From NCBI GenBank assembly GCA_965248535.1, contig CBDFJR010000005.1, forward strand, positions 1,472,001 to 1,536,000: a DNA stretch of 64,000 nucleotides. The letters are read 5' to 3'. Each line of letters begins with the position of its first letter. Positions within the stretch are counted from its first letter, which is position 1. The notes under the pieces were generated by a model, which saw only the letters and a program-made list of their open reading frames with translations, did not search any database and was not told where the DNA came from. The position numbers and the translations under genes are program-made. The DNA comes from Phormidesmis sp. Lineage in GTDB: Bacteria > Cyanobacteriota > Cyanobacteriia > Leptolyngbyales > Leptolyngbyaceae. Of the stretch, positions 10,312 through 20,296 are shown piece by piece.

Positions 10312-11298
10312 ATGAATCGAGTTGATTATCTCCGAATTAGTTTGATCGATCGCTGCAACTTCCGGTGTCAATACTGCATGCCGGAAGGGGCAGAGATTGA
10401 CTATGTGTTGCAGCAAGACTTGCTGACTCAAGCAGAACTCTCAACCCTGTTGCGCGAAGTCTTTATCCCGGCTGGGTTTACGCGGTTTCGCTTAACGGGC
10501 GGTGAGCCGCTGATCCGTCCGGGTGTGGTAGAAATTGTCAAAGAAATTGCCCAGTTTCCTGAAACTCAGGATCTCTCGATGACTACCAATGCCTTTCTGC
10601 TCGAAGGGCTGGCGCAAGATCTTTATAACGCGGGGCTGCGGCGCATCAACATTAGTTTAGATTCTCTAGAACCAGAGACCTTTGATAAAATCGTCGGCAA
10701 TCGCGGGCGATCGCGCTGGCAGCAGGTTTGGGCTGGCATTCAAATGGCTCACCAGGTTGGGTTTGACCCCTTGAAGCTGAATGTGGTAGTGATTCCTGGA
10801 GTCAACGATCACGAAGTCTTGAATCTGGCGGCGTTGAGTCTCGATCGAGAATGGCACGTTCGCTTTATCGAATTCATGCCGATCGGAAATGGCGATCTGT
10901 TTGATCACCACGGTTGGGTCAGTTCGGAAGACTTGCGGCAGCAGATTCGCGATCGCTGGGGGCTGACTTCTTCACAGGTGCAGGGCAACGGCCCCGCCGA
11001 TGTTTTTCAAATTCCGGGGGCTAAAGGCACGCTGGGATTTATTAGCCAAATGTCAGAGTGCTTCTGCGATCGCTGTAATCGGATGCGGCTTTCGGCTGAT
11101 GGCTGGCTGCGCCCCTGTTTGCTCAACGAAGACGGGCAGCTTGACTTAAAAACAGGGCTACGATCGGGGGTGCCGATTTCCCACCTGCGAGATCAGGTGA
11201 GTGAGCTTTTAGGCTTAAAGCCAGAGATCAACTACAAACAGCGTCAGTCTGGCACCGCCGGAGCCTATAGCCGCACGATGTCGCAGATTGGAGGGTAA
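10312..11298 (+). CDS. moaA: GTP 3',8-cyclase MoaA
   Basis: CNFRCQYC radical SAM motif, C-terminal CxxC..C cluster, ends MSQIGG. Confidence 0.96.
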   Translation: MNRVDYLRISLIDRCNFRCQYCMPEGAEIDYVLQQDLLTQAELSTLLREVFIPAGFTRFRLTGGEPLIRPGVVEIVKEIAQFPETQDLSMTTNAFLLEGLAQDLYNAGLRRINISLDSLEPETFDKIVGNRGRSRWQQVWAGIQMAHQVGFDPLKLNVVVIPGVNDHEVLNLAALSLDREWHVRFIEFMPIGNGDLFDHHGWVSSEDLRQQIRDRWGLTSSQVQGNGPADVFQIPGAKGTLGFISQMSECFCDRCNRMRLSADGWLRPCLLNEDGQLDLKTGLRSGVPISHLRDQVSELLGLKPEINYKQRQSGTAGAYSRTMSQIGG

Positions 11299-11376
11299 CT
11301 CAGGGGTTTAGCGCTTCAAAATTGAACAATGGGCGACAGTGACAGTCCCCTACGGTTCCCTCTCAAAGCGCCCTAG

Positions 11377-12198
11377 CTAGGAGATTTCTACTTCTGTCTG
11401 CCGAATTTCTTCATCTAAAAACTCAGTCACTTGCTGAATGGCTTGATAGATCTGCTGAAAGCGCTCCTGCTTTTTAACCGCAGACCACTCATAGTGCTCT
11501 AATAGCTCTGCGGCGGTTTGCACGATCGTCAAAGGAGTCCGAATTTTGTGAGAGACCGTTTCAATCAACTGCGTTCTGAGCCGCTCAAACTCAGACTGAC
11601 TGTAAAACGGTTTGGGAGGTGGCTCGTGGCGGTCAGAGTCAGTCAGCGATCGCGTCACGCCCGACACCCGCAGCGGCTGGTTGTGACAATCGCAAAACAC
11701 TCGCCCTTCGTTTTGCAACCAGCGAAAGCTGCCGTCGGGTTGCAGCATTCGATAATCGTTGGTGCCTTCGCCGTTGGTCACGACGATAAAGGCGGTCGTT
11801 AGGGTAAAGCGCAGGCGATCGTCAGGGTGCACCTGCTGCATCCAGGCTTCATAGGTCACAGGCAGCAGATCGGCTGACCACCCTAACAGTGGCTCAAGGT
11901 TGCACGACCAGCAGACTTCACCCGTCACAACGTCCCACTCCCAGGCAGCTAGGTGAGTGGTTTCTAATACCAGTTGCAGTCGGCGCTCAGACGATCGTAG
12001 GGCAGACTCGGCCCGCTCTAGCCGAAGCTCTAACTCAGCCTGCTCAGACGGGGGATGAGGGTCTACAATCGCTGAACGCAAGTCTTCAGCGCACGCCTGG
12101 GACACATAAGGGGACTGGGGTTGAGAAAATTTGTTGGGATTGGTGACGATAGAGCCATCAGGTGCTGGCTTACGAATGATGTTAAAAGATGCAGCCAA
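11377..12198 (-). CDS. PAS-domain protein with HisKA-like helix but no HATPase domain
   Basis: WEWD, VHPDDR and DGSFRW PAS_3 motifs; SHKIRTPL H-box; ORF ends shortly after. Confidence 0.7.
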   Translation of the reverse strand: MAASFNIIRKPAPDGSIVTNPNKFSQPQSPYVSQACAEDLRSAIVDPHPPSEQAELELRLERAESALRSSERRLQLVLETTHLAAWEWDVVTGEVCWSCNLEPLLGWSADLLPVTYEAWMQQVHPDDRLRFTLTTAFIVVTNGEGTNDYRMLQPDGSFRWLQNEGRVFCDCHNQPLRVSGVTRSLTDSDRHEPPPKPFYSQSEFERLRTQLIETVSHKIRTPLTIVQTAAELLEHYEWSAVKKQERFQQIYQAIQQVTEFLDEEIRQTEVEIS

Positions 12199-12358
12199 AG
12201 AATTAGCACCCTTGAAACTTCAGTGGACGTTTAGCATAAGTGTCGTACTGATATCAATCATAACGGGTAAGCCACTGAGTAATCTTGCCAAAAAATTTTA
12301 ATATCTCCAATAATTAATAGATGTAGCCTAGATTACAGCGCCCAGAAAAGTTTTCCCT

Positions 12359-15300
12359 TTAGGGGGCTGTCAAGTCGCTCAGATCAATTGCTCCCAAGGT
12401 TTTGAGCGTGGCTTTCTGTGCGTCGGTTGAGCCAGTCATCCCGGTGATATTCATGCCCTCATAGGGTCGCGGATTTCTCAATACCTCTAGACACGCCCCG
12501 GTTTTAGCATCCCAGAGGCGCAGCGTTTCGTCTTCGCTGCCGCTGGCGATCGCGGTGCCATCACTGCTGCAAGCCACTGACCAGATACGATCGCGGTGTC
12601 CCTGCAAGATCTGCTCACAGGCTCCGGTCGCAGTGTTCCAGACTTTGAGCGTGTGATCGAGTCCACCACTAATAATAGTGTTGCCATCAGCGCTAAAGAG
12701 AGCAGATTTGACGCAATCTCGATCGTGCAGCGTTTGCAAGCATTCGCCCGTTTGTAGGCTCCAGCGCTTAACCGTGTGATCGTCACTGCCACTAAGAAGG
12801 GTTTGGCGATCGCGGCTAAACGTGACCGAGCAGACGCGCCCTGTGTGTCCTTTTAAGGGGGACAGGTGATCGGTGCTCAGGTTCCATAGCTGAATATGGT
12901 GATCTTCTAGTCCGATCGCCACTCGTGCTCCATCGGGGCTAAAAGCCACTGACCAGATGCGGCTTTGGGTGTTTAAGACGCGCAGACAGGTGCTTGTTGC
13001 CAGATCCCACAGTCGCATCGTCTGGTCAAAGCCTGCACTGACTAGCTGTTGACCATCGGGGCTAAAGGCCACTGACCAGACCCAATTACTGTGACCGCGC
13101 AGAATTTTGAGGCACTGCCCAGTTTGCCGATCCCACAGTCTGATGGTTTGGTCAAAGCTGCCGCTAGCCAGGGTTTGACCATCGGGGCTAAAGGCCACTG
13201 ACCAGACCCAATTGCTGTGACCGTGCATCGTTTTAAGACACTGACCAGTTTGCCGATCCCACAGTTTGAGGGTGTGATCAGCGCTGGTGCTGGCGATAGT
13301 TTGGCTATCAGGGCTAAAGGCCACCGACAGCACAAAATTGGTGTAGCCTTGAAACGTTTTGAAGCAGTCCCCGGTTAGAGAATGCCACAGCCGCACCGAT
13401 TGATCGGCGCTGCCGCTCGCCAACATCTGCCCGTTGGGGCTAAAGGCGACCGATCGCACGGGTGCCGTGTGTCCCTGCAAGGTTTTTAAACACTGTCCCG
13501 TTTGCCGATCCCACAATCTGACGGTGAGATCGAAGCTGCTGCTGGCCAACTTCTGACCATCGGGGCTAAAACTGACGCAGCGAATCTCATTGGTGTGACC
13601 CGTCAAGGTGGTTAGACAGCAGCCTGTTTGGAGATCCCAGAGCTTCACAGTGTGGTCTTGACTGCCGCTCAATCCCGTTTGCCCATCGGGGCTAAAGGCG
13701 ACTCCGCGCACGCCGCTCGTGTGTCCTGTTAAGGTTTTGAGACAGGCTCCGGTGTGGATATTCCAAAGTTTGAGGGTGCGATCGTCGCTGCCGCTGATCA
13801 AGGTTTGCCCATCGGGGCTGAAGGCGATCGAGCAAACCCAGTGTTGATGCTCATCCAAACTGCGTAGACAGTGCCCGGTCTGAAGATCCCAAACTCGAAT
13901 GGTGCCATCCACACTGCTGCTCGCCACCAGGGGATCAATCGGACTAAACGCCACCGAGACCAGCCAATCGCTGTGACCCTCCAAGGTCTGCAAACATTGC
14001 CCCGTAGTGACATCCCACAGTTTGACGGTTTTATCGACGCTGCCGCTGACGATCGTCTGCCCATCAGGACTAAAGGCGATCGAGCAAACCCAGTGCTGAT
14101 GCCCCTGACAGGTAAACAGCTTAACTCGATGGCGCAATAACGTGCCGTCACGATCGCACAGTTGCCAGAGATGAATGTCTCCTGCCGTGTCGCTAGCCGC
14201 CAGCACTTGACCATCGGGGCTAAACGCCACTGACCAGACATTGCCCAAGGTGTCAGAAAAGACCGATTTGCTTAAATCAGCGTGGCTGAAGTTGACCTGA
14301 CGCAAATTTGCGCCGCTGAGATGGGCTTGCCACACCGCCAGATGAGAAAAGTCATAGCCCGTCAGGTCGGCGTTGAGTTGCCGCAGCAAATTGATCACGT
14401 TTCCGGCTCCATAGCCTGCGGCACAATCCACCTGTTTCTGCAAGGTTATGAGCACTTGCTTGAGCTTTTTTTGAATCTCTGATTTGCAGTGAGTATGAGT
14501 TGTCAAGCGATCGAGCAAGGGTTGCACAATCATGCGAATTTGACGATCGCGCACCTGGTCTTCGACATCTGCTTTGATCAGGGCATGGCTCATCAATAGC
14601 CGCAGATCTTGCGTGATGATTTCTTGATGCACTTGGTCAATCAAAATTTCAGCGACATACTCCATCACAACAGGTTGCAGGGTAAAGCTTGCGCCGTGCT
14701 TTTCGATCAGAGGTCGGCGGGCGAGAGAGGCCAGAGCCTCAATGAGATGCCGCTTTTGCACCGTGGGCACTAAGTCTGCGGCCAAGTCAGAGAGCGAAGT
14801 TCCTTCTCGGTTGATCGCCAACCAATACATGATTTGCTTTTCTAACTCAGAAAGGCGATCGAACTGCTGCTCTAACAGGTCAGAAATGTCGCCAAACACA
14901 GCCGTGCCCTGTCTGAGAAACTCTGCCACGTCGTGATCAAACAGGTCTTGAATGGTGGCCGCCGCAATCTTGAGCGCCAAGGGGTTGCCGTCATAGAGGT
15001 TGATCAACTGATCCAAAATAGGAGCCGTCGCCGCCAGAGATTTTGGCTTTAACAAGTCTCTAGCGTCTGACTCATCTAACCCGGCTAGTTTTAACGATCG
15101 CACCGCCGTTCCTTCTAGAGTGGCAGCTTCTCTGGGTTTTTCTCGACTGGTTAACACCAGACAGCTTTGATGCACCGTCTCACCCACTCGCCGAAACAGT
15201 TCGCCATAGGCTTCATACCCGATCGGGTAATGTCCCGCTTGTTCGCCACTGCCTAAAATAGATTCAACGTTGTCGAACACTAGCAGGCATCGGTGCTGGC

Positions 15301-15955
15301 GCAGATAGTGCAGCAGTCGCCCTAGCTTGCTGTCTACCGAGTCGGGCAACTCAGTTTCTTGCTGATTAGAGAGAGATTGAATGAGGTCAGACACTATGGT
15401 GTCGATCGGGGGCGCATCTCGCAGCGATCGCCAAATCACAAACTCAAAGGTGGCTTGCAGCCGCTCGGTGAGTTTGATCGAGAGCACGGTTTTGCCGATG
15501 CCGCCCATGCCCAGCAGGGTGACTAAGCGACAGCGATCTTCACCGATCCACTGCTCTAGCTCGGCAAGCTCTGACGATCGCCCACAAAAGCCAGAGGTGT
15601 CAATCAACTCGCCCCAATCAGTAGTAGGTGAGGGACGATCGAGAAGACTGGCTGCATGGTCTGCCGCAGCCGTGTCTAAGCGGGCTTCTGCCTCTGCCCA
15701 GGCTTTTTGGGCCCACTGCCTGAGCACGACTCGAAAGTTGTGCTTGGTCACCCGTTGACCGAGTTGATCAGAGAGGGTTTGCCAAAGCTGAGAGCCAACT
15801 AGCTTCACATAGTCAGAGTCATAGCCCACGGTGCCCGCAATTTGCTCATAGGTTTGCCCGTCCCAGGCTTGACAAAACACTGTTTCTTGGAGATGGGTGA
15901 GTTGTTCTCGACCCATTAGGCTGTCTAGCACTACCAGTGCTTCTTCAATGGTCAT
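12359..15955 (-). CDS. STAND NTPase: N-terminal HTH, NB-ARC and about 14 WD40 repeats
   Basis: GMGGIGKT P-loop, LLVFDNVE, GNPLALK; repeated GH..WVWSVAFSPDG units. Confidence 0.92.
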   Translation of the reverse strand: MTIEEALVVLDSLMGREQLTHLQETVFCQAWDGQTYEQIAGTVGYDSDYVKLVGSQLWQTLSDQLGQRVTKHNFRVVLRQWAQKAWAEAEARLDTAAADHAASLLDRPSPTTDWGELIDTSGFCGRSSELAELEQWIGEDRCRLVTLLGMGGIGKTVLSIKLTERLQATFEFVIWRSLRDAPPIDTIVSDLIQSLSNQQETELPDSVDSKLGRLLHYLRQHRCLLVFDNVESILGSGEQAGHYPIGYEAYGELFRRVGETVHQSCLVLTSREKPREAATLEGTAVRSLKLAGLDESDARDLLKPKSLAATAPILDQLINLYDGNPLALKIAAATIQDLFDHDVAEFLRQGTAVFGDISDLLEQQFDRLSELEKQIMYWLAINREGTSLSDLAADLVPTVQKRHLIEALASLARRPLIEKHGASFTLQPVVMEYVAEILIDQVHQEIITQDLRLLMSHALIKADVEDQVRDRQIRMIVQPLLDRLTTHTHCKSEIQKKLKQVLITLQKQVDCAAGYGAGNVINLLRQLNADLTGYDFSHLAVWQAHLSGANLRQVNFSHADLSKSVFSDTLGNVWSVAFSPDGQVLAASDTAGDIHLWQLCDRDGTLLRHRVKLFTCQGHQHWVCSIAFSPDGQTIVSGSVDKTVKLWDVTTGQCLQTLEGHSDWLVSVAFSPIDPLVASSSVDGTIRVWDLQTGHCLRSLDEHQHWVCSIAFSPDGQTLISGSDDRTLKLWNIHTGACLKTLTGHTSGVRGVAFSPDGQTGLSGSQDHTVKLWDLQTGCCLTTLTGHTNEIRCVSFSPDGQKLASSSFDLTVRLWDRQTGQCLKTLQGHTAPVRSVAFSPNGQMLASGSADQSVRLWHSLTGDCFKTFQGYTNFVLSVAFSPDSQTIASTSADHTLKLWDRQTGQCLKTMHGHSNWVWSVAFSPDGQTLASGSFDQTIRLWDRQTGQCLKILRGHSNWVWSVAFSPDGQQLVSAGFDQTMRLWDLATSTCLRVLNTQSRIWSVAFSPDGARVAIGLEDHHIQLWNLSTDHLSPLKGHTGRVCSVTFSRDRQTLLSGSDDHTVKRWSLQTGECLQTLHDRDCVKSALFSADGNTIISGGLDHTLKVWNTATGACEQILQGHRDRIWSVACSSDGTAIASGSEDETLRLWDAKTGACLEVLRNPRPYEGMNITGMTGSTDAQKATLKTLGAIDLSDLTAP

Positions 15956-16365
15956 GGCTCAATGCACCCTTGAACGTCTTCTCTGATTTGCCCCGATCTG
16001 GCGGAGGGTTGCCATTTTTCTACGATCGTAGGGCGCTCTGTCTAAAGATTCAGCAGCGCTTAGGTAAATTCCCGGTCAGTTTTTCTAAGGGGTCAAATTT
16101 CTCCATATAAATACTGTAGCGAGATTATAGGGCTGATTTCATCAGGGTTTCGAGCCGTGAACTAACGTTTTATGACGTTGCGGCGATCGAAGTCCTAACT
16201 TTTTCTCACGGGCAAGCGGGAACAACTCGTTTAGCTTTTATGTAGAGCGTCAGGCGGTGCTTCAACCTGAACGCCCAAAAAATAGTTCAGCGCTGGGCAG
16301 TGCATAACAGCCAACTCTCAGACGTAGTGAAGCAATAGTTATCGTTCATTCAAGCCCCCAGGAAA

Positions 16366-16911
16366 ATGAACATGAGTTCCTTAGAAAATAATCATTTTTT
16401 GACTTCTGTGCTGGAAGGATTCGTGGATGGCATTTTGATTTTGAATGTGCAGAACGAGTTAGTCTATGCCAACACACCTGGTGCACGCATTTGTCAGCAT
16501 TTGACCCATCGTGAAAACGCGGTGCCTGACGAAGTGCTGCGATCGTGTGAGGCGCTGATTGAAAGTCGTGAACTGTATGGTGATCGTCCGTTGGTGATTG
16601 AGTCAGAAGTCAGCAACGAGCAATCTCAAACCTTTCGCATTCGGGTGCAGTGGCTCAAGCTCGATGATTTGCAGCAGCCTTATCTATTGGTCAGGCTCGA
16701 AGATCAGCAGCAGGCCTTGCAAAGTTTGGCGGTGACAGAGGCAAAAAAATATGGTTTAACGCCCCGTGAGGCAGAGGTCTGGTTTCTCAAGCGCTGCAAT
16801 TTGCCCCGCAAAGAGATTGCGGCTCGGCTTTATATCACGATCGATACCGTCAAGAAGCATCTGGGCAACATTCAGTCTAAAAAACAGGCGCATCAAGAGA
16901 GTTGGTGCTGA
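16366..16911 (+). CDS. LuxR-type HTH transcriptional regulator with PAS-like N-terminus
   Basis: C-terminal LTPREAEV...EIAARLYITIDTVKKHLGNI. Confidence 0.85.
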   Translation: MNMSSLENNHFLTSVLEGFVDGILILNVQNELVYANTPGARICQHLTHRENAVPDEVLRSCEALIESRELYGDRPLVIESEVSNEQSQTFRIRVQWLKLDDLQQPYLLVRLEDQQQALQSLAVTEAKKYGLTPREAEVWFLKRCNLPRKEIAARLYITIDTVKKHLGNIQSKKQAHQESWC

Positions 16912-16933
16912 AAGGATCAGTCGCGATCGTAGA

Positions 16934-18184
16934 TTAGCCCAACTCCAGCAGGGTTTGCACAAAGTCATATAGCTCGACTTCGGACTGATCTTGCTGCTGC
17001 AACTCTTTGAGGTCGATCAGCCCTTGGGCAAGCTCGGTCGATCGCCCTTTATAGGTGTTGTGGGCCGCTAGCAAATCGATAAAAACTTCTCGCTCAATGT
17101 GCAGTCTAGACATTTCTTCTGACAAAGGAGAGGCATATTCAACAGCATCGACTTCATACTTCAGCAGAAAAATCAAAGCTCCTGTGAGTTCTTTGAGATG
17201 CTGCTGAAGTTTTTTGGTGTCGAGATCTAAGCGATCAAAGCCGACTTGTCCTTCGATTCTCAACTCCACCATCACGGCCCGATCCACTTCAATGCGCTTG
17301 GATTGGATCGCGGATTGCACTTGGGCGATCGCTGCCGCTTCAAGCTGCTCCAAGCTTTCGTTGCCCCGTGCTTTCACCTGCAACCGCACCCACGGGCGCT
17401 GATAATAATCTTGTTTGAGGTCGGCGTGAATGCCGTCTGGGGTTAGCTCGACGAGATAAGCGCCCCGATCGTATTTTGACTCTTCGACGCTGTTGGCCTC
17501 GGTTGAGCCGGGGTTAAACACCCAGCCTTTTTCGCTATAGCTTTTGTGAATGTGACCCAGCGCCAGATAGTCAACGCCAGCTTCTTTGAGGGGCAGCAAA
17601 TCGGTGTAGCGCAAGGCTCCTTGATATCGGGCGATCTGCCCTTCTAGCCCGTGGTGAAACAGCATGACTGAGTAGCCCGGACTCGCCGGAAGCTGCTGAA
17701 TCGCGGTGGCTAGGGACGCGATCGCTTTGGGTGCAGACGCGCCATACCACTGTGACCCCAAGACCCGCACGCCACAATCGAGATCGATATAGCCACCCGA
17801 TTCGCCGTCCCACATGTCGTAGATGACTTTGCCATCAGTGGTTTCCGGTTCGAGGAGAATCAGCAACTCATCTTGAGCGAGATATCTCAGCCAGTTGGTT
17901 TGAGTGCCATAGGGTCGATTGTCGTGATTGCCTTCGATGACGATCGCCGGAATCTGGTGATCTTTGAGCATCTGAAAGCAGATTTTTGCCTGGTTGAGAA
18001 TATTGGGCTGAATGGTGCGGTGCTCAAACAAATCACCCGCAATCACCACAAAATCAACCTGAGCCGCGATCGCATATTTTTTCAGCGCGTCTTCAAACGC
18101 TCGATAAAAATCTTTGGTGCGTTCTTTGCTGTCGTAGCGATCGAAGCCCAGGTGAACATCGGCCAAATGGAGAAATCGCGGCAT
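16934..18184 (-). CDS. sbcD: SbcD/Mre11-family DNA repair exonuclease
   Basis: DVHLG, GDLF, GNHD and GHIH metallophosphoesterase motifs. Confidence 0.88.
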   Translation of the reverse strand: MPRFLHLADVHLGFDRYDSKERTKDFYRAFEDALKKYAIAAQVDFVVIAGDLFEHRTIQPNILNQAKICFQMLKDHQIPAIVIEGNHDNRPYGTQTNWLRYLAQDELLILLEPETTDGKVIYDMWDGESGGYIDLDCGVRVLGSQWYGASAPKAIASLATAIQQLPASPGYSVMLFHHGLEGQIARYQGALRYTDLLPLKEAGVDYLALGHIHKSYSEKGWVFNPGSTEANSVEESKYDRGAYLVELTPDGIHADLKQDYYQRPWVRLQVKARGNESLEQLEAAAIAQVQSAIQSKRIEVDRAVMVELRIEGQVGFDRLDLDTKKLQQHLKELTGALIFLLKYEVDAVEYASPLSEEMSRLHIEREVFIDLLAAHNTYKGRSTELAQGLIDLKELQQQDQSEVELYDFVQTLLELG

Positions 18185-18240
18185 GGCAACTTAGTACTTC
18201 AGCATTGGTTTAACGGCACGTAACCCCTAAGATAACCCTA

Positions 18241-18687
18241 GTTAAGCATCGTGGATTAAATCGTATCGGTAACTGGCACAGACCTGGGGCACAGCAGTGC
18301 TATGCCCTTACGCAGTGATACCTCGACCCCTAGATTACGACGCTGTTAAGAATCGTGGATTAAGTCGTATCCGTGACTGGCACAGACCTGGGGCACAGCA
18401 GTGCTATGCCCTTACGCAGTGCTGTGCCCTTACGCAGTGCTGTGCCCTTACGCAGTGATACCTCGACCCCTAGATTACGACGCTGTTAAGAATCGTGGAT
18501 TAAATCGTATCCGTGACTGGCACAGACCTGGGGCACAGCAGTGCTATGCCTTTACGCAGTGATACCTCGACCCCTAGATTACAACGCTGTTAAGAATCGT
18601 GGATTAAGTCGTATCCGTGACTGGCACAGACCTAGGGCACAGCAGTGCTATGCCCTTACGCTCAGCAGTGCTATGCCTTTACGCTCA
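18241..18687. repeat. Tandem array of ~104-bp units containing REP-like hairpins
   Basis: Units start at 18241, 18345, 18485 and 18589; unit 2 has two extra 18-bp internal copies. Confidence 0.93.
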
Positions 18688-19204
18688 GAGCGGCTCGAAT
18701 GGCTTCGACTCGTTGGCGATTGACTCCTAGATCAGATTTGCCTAAGCGAGCAGCCGATCGAACGTGGATCACGCCTGCCGTTTTGTCTAAATAAAACTCA
18801 ACGTCATCGACAAACCCCATCAGGCTGCTGGCAAACTCGGCATACAAATAATTCTCGCTCTCTGTCACGATTTTAGTGCGCGGCATTGATTGAATGGTTT
18901 GCTTTAAATCAGCAAACGCTTTTTCTGGCGCTGAGGTGTAGCGGATCGGGTCAATCTTGTGCTCGGCATCGGTGCTAAAGCTGTTGACGCAGTTGGGCGA
19001 GTCGGGGCAGGCAGCCAGCGCGCCGTTTTGAAGACCCAGATTATTGGGGCGAGTGCCCGAAAATGAAAATAGTGCCATAAGGGGAGGATGTAATAGGGTG
19101 GTAGAGCCTGCGGCGACTGGCGTTGAGGCAGATAGCCAAGTGGCGATCGTTAAAATTAATGAGAGCAAAGAAGCCCAAACTCGCTTAAACGTTAGATACC
19201 GCAT
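18671..19204 (-). CDS. DUF1499 domain protein
   Basis: CPDSPNCV, GFVDDVEF and SDLGVNRQR motifs. Confidence 0.88.
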   Translation of the reverse strand: MRYLTFKRVWASLLSLILTIATWLSASTPVAAGSTTLLHPPLMALFSFSGTRPNNLGLQNGALAACPDSPNCVNSFSTDAEHKIDPIRYTSAPEKAFADLKQTIQSMPRTKIVTESENYLYAEFASSLMGFVDDVEFYLDKTAGVIHVRSAARLGKSDLGVNRQRVEAIRAALSVKA

Positions 19205-19244
19205 GGAAGTTTTTGGATAGAGCTAGCTTTAGTAGTCTATCGGA

Positions 19245-19496
19245 TTAATTTTGTGAATTGGGCTTGAGGCGTTTGACCACCCAGCTAGCCGCACCGCTCA
19301 CGATCGCGCCTGCCATGAGAATTCCGATCGCGGGGGTAAACACAGGCTCCCAAAGCTTATACCAAAGATCTAATCCTAAAGGCACCTTAGCGCCGCGACC
19401 AATCACCGCCACCATCAGCCACGCAAAGCTAAACAGCACCAAGAACAGATCTAACATCAAGACAAAATTAAGCCATTTCAAGAACTGATCTTTCAC
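19245..19496 (-). CDS. Small membrane protein, conserved hypothetical
   Basis: 83 aa, two hydrophobic segments, LWYKLWEPVFTPAIG motif. Confidence 0.7.
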   Translation of the reverse strand: MKDQFLKWLNFVLMLDLFLVLFSFAWLMVAVIGRGAKVPLGLDLWYKLWEPVFTPAIGILMAGAIVSGAASWVVKRLKPNSQN

Positions 19497-19552
19497 GAGG
19501 GGTTTGCGCTCTCTGCGGCGGGGAAGGGTTCTTCTTTAGACTACCAAAAAAG

Positions 19553-19584
19553 AGGGCTGCGCTGAAATTCAGCGCAGCCTTTTA
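19553..19584. terminator. Intrinsic terminator, potentially bidirectional
   Basis: Stem ggctgcgctgaa / ttcagcgcagcc with A run on the left and T run on the right. Confidence 0.7.
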
Positions 19585-19617
19585 AACGTGATTCAATCAT
19601 TTATCTGATCAAAATCT

Positions 19618-19824
19618 CTACAACTCTTCAAAGGTTAGAAACTCTTTGTGATGCGATCGCTGAAGATTTTCTGGGTCTACGTAGTGACAGACCGAATCGC
19701 TGATGCAAATCACTGCCCAACCCGACTCTTGAATCTCCATCAGTCGATATCCTGAAGCTTTCTGAACAAAGTAACCTTTGTGATTGCGTGTTCCTGGTTT
19801 GACCCCAATATACTCAACAAACAT
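19618..19824 (-). CDS. Small hypothetical protein (68 aa)
   Basis: AAGGAG ribosome-binding site upstream of ATG and terminator downstream. Confidence 0.6.
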   Translation of the reverse strand: MFVEYIGVKPGTRNHKGYFVQKASGYRLMEIQESGWAVICISDSVCHYVDPENLQRSHHKEFLTFEEL

Positions 19825-20296
19825 GGCACTCGCTCCTTAAGTTAAGAATACTTGCATGAGAAATCTTCACTCCTATTCACCGTTGAAATGGAAATGGTTG
19901 AGTTGATTAAACAGAACTTTTTTAGATAGCAAATGACAGGTTTCTTGAATGTGCTTCTCGCACGCAGCACTCAAAAATTATCCTGGATGCTAACTGTAAA
20001 AGTGGGATGAAAATAGCTCATTACCTAATGTATTGAATACTAGCACTCCCTTTCTGAGATTCTCATTAAGTTATTAACGTAATTATTGCGTAAGGTGAAC
20101 TTGAGTATTGCAATCTAGAAATAGAAAATATGGCTGCTATTGGACTAGCCAGCTTGTGTTTCAACCATTTGGGGTGATCGGTTTTGAGAAATGGGGGCGC
20201 GATCGGGCCTCATCACGCGTCTAAACTGATCGATGTCTGCTCACCATTTCTGAGAAAACGGCTTAATCTTAAGTCTAGATCTGGATTTAAACGTCT

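Noticed and set aside
18241..18687. Possible second CRISPR array
   Set aside because: Units are near-identical along their whole length with no unique spacers.
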